Source of the DNA: Clostridiales bacterium UBA1752
Lineage (GTDB): Bacteria > Bacillota > Clostridia > Oscillospirales > CAG-382
Assembly: GCA_002314835.1 (NCBI GenBank)
Contig: DCHM01000009.1
Span: forward strand, 1-59,512
DNA: 59,512 nt
Reading direction: 5' to 3'
The notes beneath the pieces are model-generated. The model saw only the letters and a list, made by a program, of their open reading frames with translations, was not told where the DNA came from and searched no databases. The position numbers and the translations under genes were made by a program. Below, piece by piece: positions 41,056-51,574 of the stretch; the stretch's first letter is position 1; each line of letters opens with the position of its first letter.

Positions 41056-42117
41056 ATGTGCGCGGAAGGAACAAAATTGGACCTACTCAGACGTTCTACA
41101 TATCATTACGACCTGCCCGAGGAGCTGATAGCGCAGTCTCCCACCGAGCGGCGCGACGCCTGCCGCCTTATGGTGCTTGATAAGCAGACGGGCGAAATAG
41201 AGCACAAAAAGTTTTTTGACGTCATCGACTATCTACAGCCGGGCGACTGCCTGGTTATCAATAACACCCGTGTCATACCCGCAAGGCTCTACGGACACAA
41301 CCCTCGCCACGCAGGCGAGGTTGAAACGCTATTGCTCAGACGCGTGCCGTCAGACGGACACGAGGACTGGGAATGTCTCACAAAGCCCGGCAAAAAGACC
41401 AAGGTCGGCGACAAAATCGTATTCAGTGACGAGCTGTCGGGCACTGTTACAGAGCTGCTCGACGACGGCAAGAGGCTCGTCAGATTTGAGTTTGACGGAA
41501 TATTTATGGAGATACTCGAGCGAGTAGGCAACGTGCCTCTGCCGCCTTATATCACCAAAAAGCTCGACGATGCCGAAAAATATCAGACGGTTTACTCTCA
41601 GACCGACGGCTCGGCGGCGGCACCTACCGCAGGATTGCATTTCACGCCCGAGCTGTTGCAAAAATTAGAGCAAAAGGGCGTCAAGATAGTCCGCGTGCTG
41701 TTGCACGTAGGTCTCGGCACCTTCCGTCCCGTCAAGGAGGACGACCTTTCACACCACATAATGCACTCGGAATATATGAAGGTCACGCAGGAGGCCGCCG
41801 ACGCGATTAACGCCGCGCACGCCTCGGGACACAAGGTGTTTGGCGTAGGCACGACCTCGGTCCGCTCGGTCGAAACGGCGTCTGACGCAGACGGCACGGT
41901 ACACGCATACGAGGGCGAAACGGCGATATTTATTCATCCGCCCTACCGCTTTAAGGCGATAGACGGCATGATAACAAACTTTCACCTGCCCGAAAGCACG
42001 CTCATTATGATGGTTTCGGCATTTGCAGGCTACGACAATATAATGAATGCTTACAACCTCGCGGTCAAAGAGAGATACAGATTTTTTTCATTCGGCGACG
42101 CGATGCTATTAAAATAA
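41056..42117 (+). CDS. queA: S-adenosylmethionine:tRNA ribosyltransferase-isomerase
   Basis: YDLPEELIAQSP, LPPYI, GSAAAPTAGLHFT and TNFHLPESTL. The start could instead be the TTG near 41076. Confidence 0.92.
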   Translation: MCAEGTKLDLLRRSTYHYDLPEELIAQSPTERRDACRLMVLDKQTGEIEHKKFFDVIDYLQPGDCLVINNTRVIPARLYGHNPRHAGEVETLLLRRVPSDGHEDWECLTKPGKKTKVGDKIVFSDELSGTVTELLDDGKRLVRFEFDGIFMEILERVGNVPLPPYITKKLDDAEKYQTVYSQTDGSAAAPTAGLHFTPELLQKLEQKGVKIVRVLLHVGLGTFRPVKEDDLSHHIMHSEYMKVTQEAADAINAAHASGHKVFGVGTTSVRSVETASDADGTVHAYEGETAIFIHPPYRFKAIDGMITNFHLPESTLIMMVSAFAGYDNIMNAYNLAVKERYRFFSFGDAMLLK

Positions 42118-42143
42118 AAAGCCTACGCTTTTTTAGGTAATTT

Positions 42144-43076
42144 ATGAAGCTTATCCTCATTTCAGGCCCGACTGCCGTCGGCAAAACCGCGCTCGGCATC
42201 GAGCTGGCAAAGGCATTAGGCGGTGAAATAATCAGCGGCGATTCGATGCAGATTTACAAAGGCATGGATATAGGCACCGCAAAGCCGTCTGCCGCCGAAT
42301 TATCAGCAGTGCCGCACCACCTGATAGACATAGCCGACATAACCGAAGCCTTTAGCGTCAGCAGGTTTATAGACCTCGCCACCGCGGCGGCAGAGGACAT
42401 AACGTCGCGCGGCAAACTGCCTATCGTAGTAGGCGGCACGGGTATGTATCTCAAATTGCTCGTCAGCGGTAGCTTTTTTGACGCGGACGGTGCAAACCCC
42501 GAGCTGCGCAAGGAGCTATACGACTACGCCGCGGCAAACGGAGCGGAGGCTCTGCACGACAGATTAAGGCAGCTCGATTCTGCCGCCGCAGACAGCATAC
42601 ATCCAAACAACATAAAGCGCGTCATACGCGCTATCGAAATAGCGTCGGGCGGCGCTACCAAGACCGACCGTATCGAGCAAATTCAGGGCGCAAAGTCAAG
42701 GTTCGAGACCCTGCACCTGCACCTTTATTGCTCCGACAGACAGTATATTTACGACCGCTGTGACCGCCGTGTGGACAGCATGCTGCAGGACGGGCTCGAG
42801 GGCGAAGTCAAGGCACTGTACGACAGAGGACTAAAGGACACGCCCACCGCTTCGCAGGCTATAGGCTACAAGGAGTTTTACCCTTATTTCGAGGGGCTTG
42901 CGGACCTTGACACAACGGTTTCGCTCGTAAAACAGCACACCCGCAATTTCGTCAAGCGCCAGACGACTTATTTTGCCACCTTCGAGGGCAAAAAGGTCGT
43001 CGAAGTTACAGATAACAACCGCGGTGCGGTAACACAAACAGCTCTAAACGAGGCAAAAGGATTTATCAATGGCTAA
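42144..43076 (+). CDS. miaA: tRNA dimethylallyltransferase
   Basis: P-loop ISGPTAVGKT, DSMQIYKGMDIGTAKP and PHHLID. Confidence 0.93.
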   Translation: MKLILISGPTAVGKTALGIELAKALGGEIISGDSMQIYKGMDIGTAKPSAAELSAVPHHLIDIADITEAFSVSRFIDLATAAAEDITSRGKLPIVVGGTGMYLKLLVSGSFFDADGANPELRKELYDYAAANGAEALHDRLRQLDSAAADSIHPNNIKRVIRAIEIASGGATKTDRIEQIQGAKSRFETLHLHLYCSDRQYIYDRCDRRVDSMLQDGLEGEVKALYDRGLKDTPTASQAIGYKEFYPYFEGLADLDTTVSLVKQHTRNFVKRQTTYFATFEGKKVVEVTDNNRGAVTQTALNEAKGFING

Positions 43077-44328
43077 CTTTATCAAGCAACTGCTCATCAC
43101 GCTACTGGCGCTCTCGCTCGTAGTGTTTATGGTCATGCAGCTGACGTTGACCGCCGGCGTCGATATAGAGGTCGAGTCGGCAAAGTACGCGTCGGTGCGC
43201 GATATGACCGAGATGCAGTGCTATGTTTATCGTGATGAAACGTTAGTCGAGGGTCAGCTCGGCGGTGCCGCTTCCTACTGCCGTGGCGACGGCGAAAAGG
43301 TCCGCAAGGGCACCGAGCTCGCGCGTATTTATACCGCGGCGGAGGACGCAGACATACAGGACCGCATTTCGGCCATCGACGAGCGTATCGCCGTGCTCGA
43401 AAGCTCTGTCATTACCGAAGGCACCTCCACGACAGACAACGCGCTCGTGCTCGCCAATATCGAGGAGCTGCGCACGCTGATTTCCAACGCGATATTAGAC
43501 AACGACTTTGACGCCGCAGAGAGATACAAAGAGCAGCTCAACATACAGATGAACCGCTCAAAGGCGATTTCGCAGAGCATATACGAGTACGACGTTCAGA
43601 TAGCCGCGCTCAAGGCGGAAAAATCCGAGCTTTCGTCCAGCCTCGGCGCTTCGTACACGTCGGTAGGCTCACCGCTTTCGGGCTATTATTTCACCGAGGT
43701 TGACGGGTACGAAAAGCAGTTTACCCTCCAGTCGCTCTCGGCTATTACGCTCTCGGGCTTTGAACGCCTCGCCGATGCCGTGCCCAATCAGACGCTTATT
43801 AACACCTCCTGCGGCAAAATAGTCACCTCCGAGATTTGGTATCTGCTCTGCAAGACTACCAAAAAGGTTGCCAACGCTTATACCGCCGAAAAGGCTTATA
43901 CCATAGTGTTTCCCTATTCGTCCGGCACCGAGCTGAGATGTATTTTTCAGCGTGCCGTAACACAGCCCGACAGCGACGACGCGCTCGTAATATTCTCGTG
44001 CAATCAGATGCCGAGCGGCTTTAACTACGCTCGCTCACAGACCGTGCAGGTAGTCAACAAAACCTACAACGGACTGCGTATTTCGGCACTCGCGCTCCGT
44101 ATGCAGGACGGCGTCGCAGGCGTATTTGTCCTCGACGGCAACATAGTCGCGTTTAAGACGGTTGACGTGCTGATAAGGCAGGGCAGCTATTATATCTGCG
44201 CACTGCCCACCGACCCAAATTACCCGTCGCGGCAGGAAAAATCATACGTTTCGTCCACACAGCTTTCACTGTATGACATAGTGATAACTTCGGGCACCGG
44301 AGTTTACGAGGGGGCGCTTATCAGATGA
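43069..44328 (+). CDS. Membrane-anchored protein, HlyD/barrel-sandwich-like (uncertain)
   Basis: N-terminal TM segment, a coiled-coil segment and a beta-rich C-terminus. It overlaps the miaA end by 8 nt. Confidence 0.45.
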   Translation: MANFIKQLLITLLALSLVVFMVMQLTLTAGVDIEVESAKYASVRDMTEMQCYVYRDETLVEGQLGGAASYCRGDGEKVRKGTELARIYTAAEDADIQDRISAIDERIAVLESSVITEGTSTTDNALVLANIEELRTLISNAILDNDFDAAERYKEQLNIQMNRSKAISQSIYEYDVQIAALKAEKSELSSSLGASYTSVGSPLSGYYFTEVDGYEKQFTLQSLSAITLSGFERLADAVPNQTLINTSCGKIVTSEIWYLLCKTTKKVANAYTAEKAYTIVFPYSSGTELRCIFQRAVTQPDSDDALVIFSCNQMPSGFNYARSQTVQVVNKTYNGLRISALALRMQDGVAGVFVLDGNIVAFKTVDVLIRQGSYYICALPTDPNYPSRQEKSYVSSTQLSLYDIVITSGTGVYEGALIR

Positions 44329-44999
44329 CTGTCAGCTATGACGAATTAGAGCAAAATATAGCCCGTATCAAGGCAGAAATAGGTCCCCGTGCGCGAATAC
44401 TCGCCGCCACCAAGACGCAAAGCCCCGAGGTTATCAATTTTACAATCAATCACGGCATTGATTTGATAGGCGAAAACCGCGTGCAGGAGTTGCTTGCCAA
44501 GTACGACGCGATAGACAAATCAAAGTGCGAGATACACTTTATCGGCAGATTGCAGACAAACAAGGTAAAGTATATCGTCGATAAGGTTACGATGATACAT
44601 TCGGTCGATTCGCTGCACCTCGCCGCCGAAATCGACAAGCGTTGCGCCGCGATAGGCAAAACGATGGATATTTTGGCAGAGGTCAACCTCGGCTCCGAGG
44701 AAAGCAAGGGCGGCGTCGAACTGTCACAGGTTGACGATTTTGTGTCAAATCTCTCGCGTTTTGAGCATTTGAGACTGCGCGGACTCATGGGAGTGGCGCC
44801 AAAATGCGATTTGTCACAAAAAAATGCACTCCTTTTTAAAAAATTATCTCAAAAACTCATTGACATATCGCACTTAAAAGTAGATAATGGTAATATAGAC
44901 GTATTGTCGGCAGGGATGAGCGGCGACTACCTCACGGCGGTCGAATGCGGCTCCAACCTCGTACGTCTCGGCAGTGCGCTATACGGCGCAAGACAGTAA
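44325..44999 (+). CDS. YggS/YlmE-family PLP-binding protein
   Basis: AATKTQ (PLP Lys), IGENRVQE, HFIGRLQTNKVKY and LSAGMSGDY. Confidence 0.9.
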   Translation: MTVSYDELEQNIARIKAEIGPRARILAATKTQSPEVINFTINHGIDLIGENRVQELLAKYDAIDKSKCEIHFIGRLQTNKVKYIVDKVTMIHSVDSLHLAAEIDKRCAAIGKTMDILAEVNLGSEESKGGVELSQVDDFVSNLSRFEHLRLRGLMGVAPKCDLSQKNALLFKKLSQKLIDISHLKVDNGNIDVLSAGMSGDYLTAVECGSNLVRLGSALYGARQ

Positions 45000-45042
45000 A
45001 AATCAAATTAAAATAAACATACACTTTTTTGGAGGTTTTACC

Positions 45043-45501
45043 ATGGGACTTAAAGACCGTTTTTCCCGCATTTTCAGTGACGACGAGTATGACGAAAACG
45101 AAGACGAAGCAGTAGAAGAAGAGGCCGAAGCAGCTCCTGCTCCCGCTCATGCCGCTGCTCCCGCTCCCGCCGCACGCACCCAGACTGCCAAGACCGCAGG
45201 CGTCGGCTCCAACACCAACCTTGAGATGAAGATTATGAAGCCCGAAAACTTTGAGTCTGTCACCCAGGTTGCCGACCAGCTCCTCTCCGGCAGAACCGTA
45301 GTCCTCAATATGGAGGAAGCAAACCAAGACCTGCTCCGCCACATTCTCGACTTTTGCTCCGGCGTCGTTTACGCCGTACACGGCAATATGAAGCGTGCAG
45401 GTGCGTCCACCTACATTCTCACTCCCAAGAACGTCGGCATCACCAGTGAGCAAAATGCAGACGGCGAAGCTGACGGCACCGCACAGCGCGACCTCTTTTA
45501 A
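45043..45501 (+). CDS. sepF: Cell division protein SepF
   Basis: MGLKDRFSRIF N-terminal amphipathic helix, an acidic/Pro-Ala linker and the SepF core (ADQLLSGRTVVLNMEE...VVYAVHGNM). RBS GGAGG. Confidence 0.9.
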   Translation: MGLKDRFSRIFSDDEYDENEDEAVEEEAEAAPAPAHAAAPAPAARTQTAKTAGVGSNTNLEMKIMKPENFESVTQVADQLLSGRTVVLNMEEANQDLLRHILDFCSGVVYAVHGNMKRAGASTYILTPKNVGITSEQNADGEADGTAQRDLF

Positions 45502-45517
45502 CCTTTAGTCGCGTTAA

Positions 45518-45802
45518 ATGCAGCTTTTTTCCGAACTGATATTCACAGCAGTCGAATTTTTATTGCTCGTGCTCGAGATACTACTCGTGTCACGGGCACT
45601 GCTGTCGATATTTTCAGACCCCGAAGGCGACGGTCTGATAGTCAAATTATGTGTCATTCTCACCGAACCGCTTGTCTCCCCCGTCAGAGCATTGCTCAAC
45701 AAATCGGAGGCGATAGCCGATTCGGGTTTTGACCTGTCTTTTATCGTGACTTACAGCTTTATCATGCTCACGAATATGCTGCTGTCACTGATTCCGCACT
45801 AA
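45518..45802 (+). CDS. YggT/YlmG-family membrane protein
   Basis: 94 aa with two TM segments, in the conserved position after sepF. Confidence 0.85.
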   Translation: MQLFSELIFTAVEFLLLVLEILLVSRALLSIFSDPEGDGLIVKLCVILTEPLVSPVRALLNKSEAIADSGFDLSFIVTYSFIMLTNMLLSLIPH

Positions 45803-45832
45803 CAAACATTTTGAGTAAGGACGGTATTTGCA

Positions 45833-46531
45833 ATGTTAGCTCCTCACGAACTAAAAAACAAAGCCTTCGGTCGCTCTTTTAAGGGCTACAACACGTCGGA
45901 GGTTGACGAATACGTTGACTTTTTGATAGAAAAATACACCGAGCTTTATAAAGAAAACGCCGAACTCGACCGCAAGCTGCGTATCGTCACCACCTCATAC
46001 GACGAGCTCCGCCAGGAGGAAGAGGCCATCCGCAGTACCTTGGTCAGCGCCCAAAAAATGAGCAACCGCATCATCGGAGACGCCAACGAGCGCGCCGACG
46101 TCATTGTTACCGCCGTCAAGGAACGCTGTGCTAAGGTCGTAGCCGATTTCCACGAGCAAATCGAGGCGGAAAAGCAGGAAATGTGGCGTATCCGCTCGGC
46201 GATAGTCGATTTTAAAAAGGACGTTTTTGAGCTGTACGGCAAGCACATAGAGGAGCTGCAATCAATATCCGTCAACGAGCTTGACCAGATTGTTTTGCCA
46301 GACGAGAGCGAGATAATCGGCAAGATATACAGCGACGTAGCAGGCGCTCTCGAGCAGGAAAGCGCCATCAGCGAGGCGCAAGCCAAAGCCAAACCCAAGG
46401 ATGAGCCCCTGCCCGACGAAACCGCCGAGGTCAGAGGCGCGGCGCTCGAAGACACGGGCGACAACGATAACAATAATGCCGGCGACAGCGATTCTCCAGC
46501 AGAACCCACCGACGGCAAAGGAGATAACTGA
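45833..46531 (+). CDS. divIVA: DivIVA-domain protein
   Basis: N-terminus ELKNKAFGRSFKGYNTSEVDEYVDFL, a coiled coil and an acidic tail. Confidence 0.88.
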   Translation: MLAPHELKNKAFGRSFKGYNTSEVDEYVDFLIEKYTELYKENAELDRKLRIVTTSYDELRQEEEAIRSTLVSAQKMSNRIIGDANERADVIVTAVKERCAKVVADFHEQIEAEKQEMWRIRSAIVDFKKDVFELYGKHIEELQSISVNELDQIVLPDESEIIGKIYSDVAGALEQESAISEAQAKAKPKDEPLPDETAEVRGAALEDTGDNDNNNAGDSDSPAEPTDGKGDN

Positions 46532-46534
46532 TTT

Positions 46535-49309
46535 ATGGCAAAAGAATACAAGGACACGCTCAATTTACCCGTTACCGAATATTCCATGAGAGCTAATCTC
46601 ACCCAAAAAGAGCCCGAAACGCTCGGACACTGGGACGAGATAGGTCTCTACGAGCTTATGCTCAAAAACAACGAGGGCAACCGCGAGTTTATACTCCACG
46701 ACGGTCCTCCCTTCTCAAACGGCAACATACACATCGGTCACGCACTCAACAAGCTCTTAAAGGACTTTATCGTCAAGTCAAAGTCGATGCAGGGCTACTA
46801 TACCCCGTACGTTCCCGGCTGGGACAACCACGGCATGCCTATCGAGAGCGCGATTATCAAAAAGAATAAGCTCGACCGCAAGCGCATGACAATACCCGAA
46901 TTCCGCAAAAACTGCGAGGAGTTTGCCCAAAACTTCATCGACCTCCAGCGCACCTCGTTTAAGCGCCTCGGAGTAGTCGGCGACTGGGAGCACCCTTATA
47001 CCACGATGGCTCCCTCGTTTGAAGCAAAGGAAATCCGCGTATTCGGCGAAATGTACCGCAAGGGCTATATTTACAAGGGCTTAAAGCCGGTTTACTGGTG
47101 CGCTCACGACGAGACCGCACTTGCCGAAGCCGAAATCGAGTACGCAGACATCAAGTGCACCTCTATCTACGTAAAGTTTAAGGTCAAAGAGGACAAGGGT
47201 CTGCTCGCAGACGTCTGCGACCTTAACAACACCTATTTTATCATTTGGACTACTACACCTTGGACACTGCCCGGCAATATGGCTATCGCTCTGCACCCCA
47301 GAGAAACCTACGTGCTCGTCAAGGCAGGCAAGGAATATTATATTTTGGCAGAGGCTCTCTGCGACAAGACGATGAAGTTCGGCGGCATCACCGAGTATGA
47401 GACCGTCAAGACCTTTATCGGCTCGGATTTTGAGTATTGCAAGGCTTATCACCCCTTCCTCGACAAGGACAGCCTGCTCGTCACCGCCGACTACGTTACT
47501 ATGGACAGCGGCACGGGTTGCGTTCATACCGCTCCCGGCTTTGGCGTTGACGACTATCACACGGGCGTCAGATACGGCCTCGACATCTGCGTGCCGGTTG
47601 ACGACCGTGGCAGACAGACCGAGCTGGCAGGCAAGTATGCCGGCATGACTACCGACGAGTCCAACGGACTTATCGTCGAGGATATGCGTGCAGACGGCTC
47701 GCTCTTTGCTTCCGAAGACATCATTCACTCTTATCCTCACTGCTGGAGATGCAAAAACCCCATTATCTTCCGCGCAACTCCTCAATGGTTCTGCTCGGTC
47801 GAAAAATTCAGAGACGCCGCCGTCAAAGCGTGCGAGGGCGTCGAATGGTTGCCCGCATGGGGCGGTGACCGCATTTCGTCGATGGTCAGAGAAAGAGCCG
47901 ACTGGTGCATTTCGCGTCAGCGTCACTGGGGTCTGCCTATCCCCGTATTCTATTGCGAGGACTGCGGCGAGGTTATCTGCACTCCCGAAACTATCGACAG
48001 CGTAGCCAACGTCTTTGCCGCCGAAGGCTCAAACGCTTGGTTTACAAAGGACGCATCCGACCTGCTGCCCAAGGGCTTTGTATGCCCCAAGTGCGGCAAG
48101 ACACATTTTGTCAAAGAGACCGACACTCTGGACGGCTGGTTTGACAGCGGCTCCACACATTACGACGTACTCGGTGACGACAAGGTCGCAGACCTTTATC
48201 TCGAGGGCGCAGACCAATACAGAGGCTGGTTCCAGTCCTCACTGCTCACCGCAGTAGGCGCCACCAAGGGCAAGGCTCCCTTTAAGCAGGTGCTCACTCA
48301 CGGCTGGACGGTTGACGGCGAAGGCAAAGCGATGCACAAGTCGCTCGGCAACACCGTCGCTCCCGAGGACGTTATCAAGCAGTACGGCGCCGATATGCTC
48401 AGACTCTGGGTTGCTTCGAGCGATTACCGTGTTGACGTCAGAGTTTCGGACGCTATATTCAAGCAGCTTTCCGAGAGCTATCGTAAGATTCGCAACACCA
48501 TACGCATCCTGCTCGCCAACGTCGGCGACTATGACCCCGACAAGGATGCCGTTGCGGTAGATAAAATGTCGCCTATCGACCAGTGGGCGCTCGCTTGCCT
48601 CGGCAAGCTCTGCAAGACCTGCGTCAAGGCTTACAACGACTATGAATTCCACGTCGTATATCACGAGGTGCTTTCGTTCTGCACCATCGAGCTTTCAAAG
48701 TGGTATATCGACATGACAAAGGATACTCTGTATTGCGAAAAGCAGGATGCCGTCGCGCGCCGTGCCGTTCAGACCGTTATGTACGAGGCTCTGTCAGCTA
48801 TCATCCGCCTCATGGCACCCATACTTTCCTACACCGCAGAGGAGGCTTGGAGCTTTATCAAGCACAAGTCGGGTGACAAGCAGGAGAGCGTATTCCTGAA
48901 TAAGCTCCCCGAGTACGACACCGCGTCGCTCGAAGCTCTCGTTGCAGAATACGACAAGCTCTTTACCTGCCGCGACGACGTTATGAAGGCACTCGAGGTA
49001 GCCCGCGCCGACAAGCTCATAGGCAAGTCGCTCGAGGCAGACGTCACTATCTACGGCGATAACGAAGCCATGGACCTCTTTGAGCGCCACAAGGACCAAC
49101 TCGAGACCATAATGATAGTCAGCCACGTTCACCTCGACAGAGGCGCGGCGCCTGCAGACGCTTTTGCCGACACCGCGTGCGGCGTCAAGGTCAAGGTTGC
49201 GCTCGCTCAGGGCGAAAAGTGCGTCAGATGCTGGGCTTACCGTGACGAAACCTACGACGACGGTGAGGGTGGCAAGCTCTGCAAGCGTTGCCACGACGCT
49301 ATATGTTAG
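46535..49309 (+). CDS. ileS: Isoleucine--tRNA ligase
   Basis: HIGH (NIHIGHALN), KMSKS-type KMHKSLGN, a CP1 editing region and a C-terminal Zn motif CVRCW...CKRCH. Confidence 0.97.
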   Translation: MAKEYKDTLNLPVTEYSMRANLTQKEPETLGHWDEIGLYELMLKNNEGNREFILHDGPPFSNGNIHIGHALNKLLKDFIVKSKSMQGYYTPYVPGWDNHGMPIESAIIKKNKLDRKRMTIPEFRKNCEEFAQNFIDLQRTSFKRLGVVGDWEHPYTTMAPSFEAKEIRVFGEMYRKGYIYKGLKPVYWCAHDETALAEAEIEYADIKCTSIYVKFKVKEDKGLLADVCDLNNTYFIIWTTTPWTLPGNMAIALHPRETYVLVKAGKEYYILAEALCDKTMKFGGITEYETVKTFIGSDFEYCKAYHPFLDKDSLLVTADYVTMDSGTGCVHTAPGFGVDDYHTGVRYGLDICVPVDDRGRQTELAGKYAGMTTDESNGLIVEDMRADGSLFASEDIIHSYPHCWRCKNPIIFRATPQWFCSVEKFRDAAVKACEGVEWLPAWGGDRISSMVRERADWCISRQRHWGLPIPVFYCEDCGEVICTPETIDSVANVFAAEGSNAWFTKDASDLLPKGFVCPKCGKTHFVKETDTLDGWFDSGSTHYDVLGDDKVADLYLEGADQYRGWFQSSLLTAVGATKGKAPFKQVLTHGWTVDGEGKAMHKSLGNTVAPEDVIKQYGADMLRLWVASSDYRVDVRVSDAIFKQLSESYRKIRNTIRILLANVGDYDPDKDAVAVDKMSPIDQWALACLGKLCKTCVKAYNDYEFHVVYHEVLSFCTIELSKWYIDMTKDTLYCEKQDAVARRAVQTVMYEALSAIIRLMAPILSYTAEEAWSFIKHKSGDKQESVFLNKLPEYDTASLEALVAEYDKLFTCRDDVMKALEVARADKLIGKSLEADVTIYGDNEAMDLFERHKDQLETIMIVSHVHLDRGAAPADAFADTACGVKVKVALAQGEKCVRCWAYRDETYDDGEGGKLCKRCHDAIC

Positions 49310-49806
49310 TCGCTATTATCGCAGCGTTTGTTATAATACTCGACCAAGTTTCAAAATATCTGGTACGCGAGCTCATTGAGATGGGGCATAAAGTTGACGT
49401 CATACCTTGGTTCGTCAACTTTACGCATACCGAAAACAAAGGTGCCGCATGGGGCATATTTGCCGATGACAGATGGGTTTTTCTCGTCTTTTCGTCGGTT
49501 GCCATAGTCGCACTTACGGTGTTTGTCATCAAAGTTTACCGTCGCAGCCGCGTGCTTAACGTCGGCATCGCCATGGTTTTGGGCGGCGGCATCGGCAATA
49601 TGATAGACAGGATTATCCTCGGTCAGGTCACTGACTTTATGTACTTTACGTTTTTTGACTTCCCCGTATTTAACGTTGCAGATTCTTTCGTTTGCATCGG
49701 CGCGGTAATCATAGGCGTTTACGTTATTTTTATCGACCCAAAGATTGAAAAGCGTCTAAAAGCCTCCGCACAGGACGCACCCAAGGACGACGGTGAAGCA
49801 CAATGA
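49303..49806 (+). CDS. lspA: Lipoprotein signal peptidase II
   Basis: NKGAAWG, IGNMIDR and FNVADS motifs with 4 TM segments. It overlaps the ileS stop. Confidence 0.9.
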   Translation: MLVAIIAAFVIILDQVSKYLVRELIEMGHKVDVIPWFVNFTHTENKGAAWGIFADDRWVFLVFSSVAIVALTVFVIKVYRRSRVLNVGIAMVLGGGIGNMIDRIILGQVTDFMYFTFFDFPVFNVADSFVCIGAVIIGVYVIFIDPKIEKRLKASAQDAPKDDGEAQ

Positions 49807-50705
49807 CCTTTGTTATCGACGACACGCTCACAGGCTCGAGGCTCGACGTATTAGTCGCAGATAAAAGCGGCGTCAGCCGCAGTCTCGCGCAGACGCTCAT
49901 CGAGGGCGGCGGCGTGCAGGTTGACGGCAAATCAGTGGCAAAAAATTACCGTCTCAGAGGCGGCGAAACAGTCACCGTTACCCTGCCCGAGACCAAAAAG
50001 CTCGACAACGAGCCGCAAAACCTGCCTCTTTGTATAATCTACGAGGACGAATATATGCTCGTCGTTGACAAGCCACGCGGCATGGTGGTTCATCCTGCGG
50101 CAGGCAACTATGACGGCACGCTCGTCAACGCACTGCTGTATCACTGCGACGGCAGACTTTCGTCGATAAACGGCGTCGAACGCCCCGGCATAGTCCACCG
50201 CATAGACAAGATGACCTCGGGACTTTTGATGGTTGCCAAGACGGACGCCGCCCACAGAGGGCTGGCAGAGCAGATACAGGGTCACTCCTTCGGCCGCAAG
50301 TACGAGTGTATCGTGCTCGGCAACCTAAAAGAGGACTCCGGCACCATAGACCGCCCGATAGGCCGCCACCCCATAGACCGCAAAAGGATGTGCATAGACC
50401 CCAAGGGCAGACCTGCCACGACCTTATGGCGCGTGATAGGCCGCTACAACGGTTATACGCACGTCGAATGTACTCTTTTGACGGGCAGGACTCATCAGAT
50501 AAGGGTGCACATGCAGTCGATAGGACATCCGCTGCTCGGCGATACCGTTTACGGTGACAAAAAAGATACCTTCCGCCTCGGAGGACAGTGCCTCTGGGCA
50601 AAATACATCGGGTTTACGCACCCGATAACGGGCAAAGCCATGGAGTTTACCGCCGAAATGCCCGATTATTTCATTCAGATACTAAACAAACTAAATAAAA
50701 TATAA
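49803..50705 (+). CDS. rluD: RluA-family 23S rRNA pseudouridine synthase (RluD-like)
   Basis: S4 domain followed by the catalytic HRIDKMTSGLL and RTHQIRVH. Confidence 0.9.
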   Translation: MTFVIDDTLTGSRLDVLVADKSGVSRSLAQTLIEGGGVQVDGKSVAKNYRLRGGETVTVTLPETKKLDNEPQNLPLCIIYEDEYMLVVDKPRGMVVHPAAGNYDGTLVNALLYHCDGRLSSINGVERPGIVHRIDKMTSGLLMVAKTDAAHRGLAEQIQGHSFGRKYECIVLGNLKEDSGTIDRPIGRHPIDRKRMCIDPKGRPATTLWRVIGRYNGYTHVECTLLTGRTHQIRVHMQSIGHPLLGDTVYGDKKDTFRLGGQCLWAKYIGFTHPITGKAMEFTAEMPDYFIQILNKLNKI

Positions 50706-50719
50706 AACGGAGAAAGATA

Positions 50720-51574
50720 ATGGAAAAGAATCGCTGTCTTTACCTCAAAGAAAGGGCTGCCGCCATTCGCAAGGACGCAGTAGCGTCTGTGTTTGCGGCG
50801 GGCTCCGGACATCCCGGAGGTTCCCTTTCCATATCCGACGTGCTGGCATACCTCTATTTTGACCGTATGAACGTCAGCGCCGACAAGGCAAACGACCCCG
50901 ACCGCGACAGATTTGTGCTGTCAAAAGGTCACGCCGCACCCGCACTCTATTCCGCACTCGCGCTCAAGGGCTATTTTGACGAGAGCGAGCTGCAAAACCT
51001 GCGCCACCTCGGCGCTATGCTCCAGGGACACCCCGATATGCAGACGACCAAGGGAGTTGACGTTTCGACAGGCTCGCTCGGTCAGGGCTTTTCGGCGGCC
51101 TGCGGCATGGCTGTCGCCGCAAAGCGCCAGGGCAAAAAGTATAACGTTTACACCGTCATAGGCGACGGCGAATCACAGGAGGGCATGATTTGGGAGGCGG
51201 CTATGTTTGCATCCCACTACAAGCTCGACAACCTCATTGCGTTCCTCGATTTCAACCACCTGCAGATCGACGGAGACGTCAGAAGCGTCATGAACCCCAC
51301 GCCGCTTGACGAAAAGTTTAAGGCATTCGGCTGGTTTGTGCAGGTCATCGACGGTCACGATTTTGACGCGATAGACAACGCGGTCACCGCCGCTTTGGCG
51401 AGCGACAAGCCGTCTATGATTATCTGCAACACCGTCAAGGGCAAGGGCGTTTCGTTTATGGAAAACAACTACGGCTGGCACGGCAAGGCTCCAAAGCCGG
51501 AGGAATACGCAATAGCCAAGGCAGAGCTCGAAGCCGCATACAACCAAGCTAAGGAGGCACTCGCAAATGGCTGA
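50720..51574 (+). CDS. Transketolase, N-terminal (TPP-binding) subunit
   Basis: GHPGGSLS, SKGHAAPALY and GDGESQEG. Confidence 0.93.
   Translation: MEKNRCLYLKERAAAIRKDAVASVFAAGSGHPGGSLSISDVLAYLYFDRMNVSADKANDPDRDRFVLSKGHAAPALYSALALKGYFDESELQNLRHLGAMLQGHPDMQTTKGVDVSTGSLGQGFSAACGMAVAAKRQGKKYNVYTVIGDGESQEGMIWEAAMFASHYKLDNLIAFLDFNHLQIDGDVRSVMNPTPLDEKFKAFGWFVQVIDGHDFDAIDNAVTAALASDKPSMIICNTVKGKGVSFMENNYGWHGKAPKPEEYAIAKAELEAAYNQAKEALANG

Noticed and set aside
41049-41064. Palindrome CGCGCA-aatg-TGCGCG overlapping the annotated queA ATG
   Set aside because: It could be an operator or a translation-modulating hairpin. However, it is short, and the true queA start (ATG 41056 or TTG about 41076) is unresolved. 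The evidence is insufficient to call a feature.
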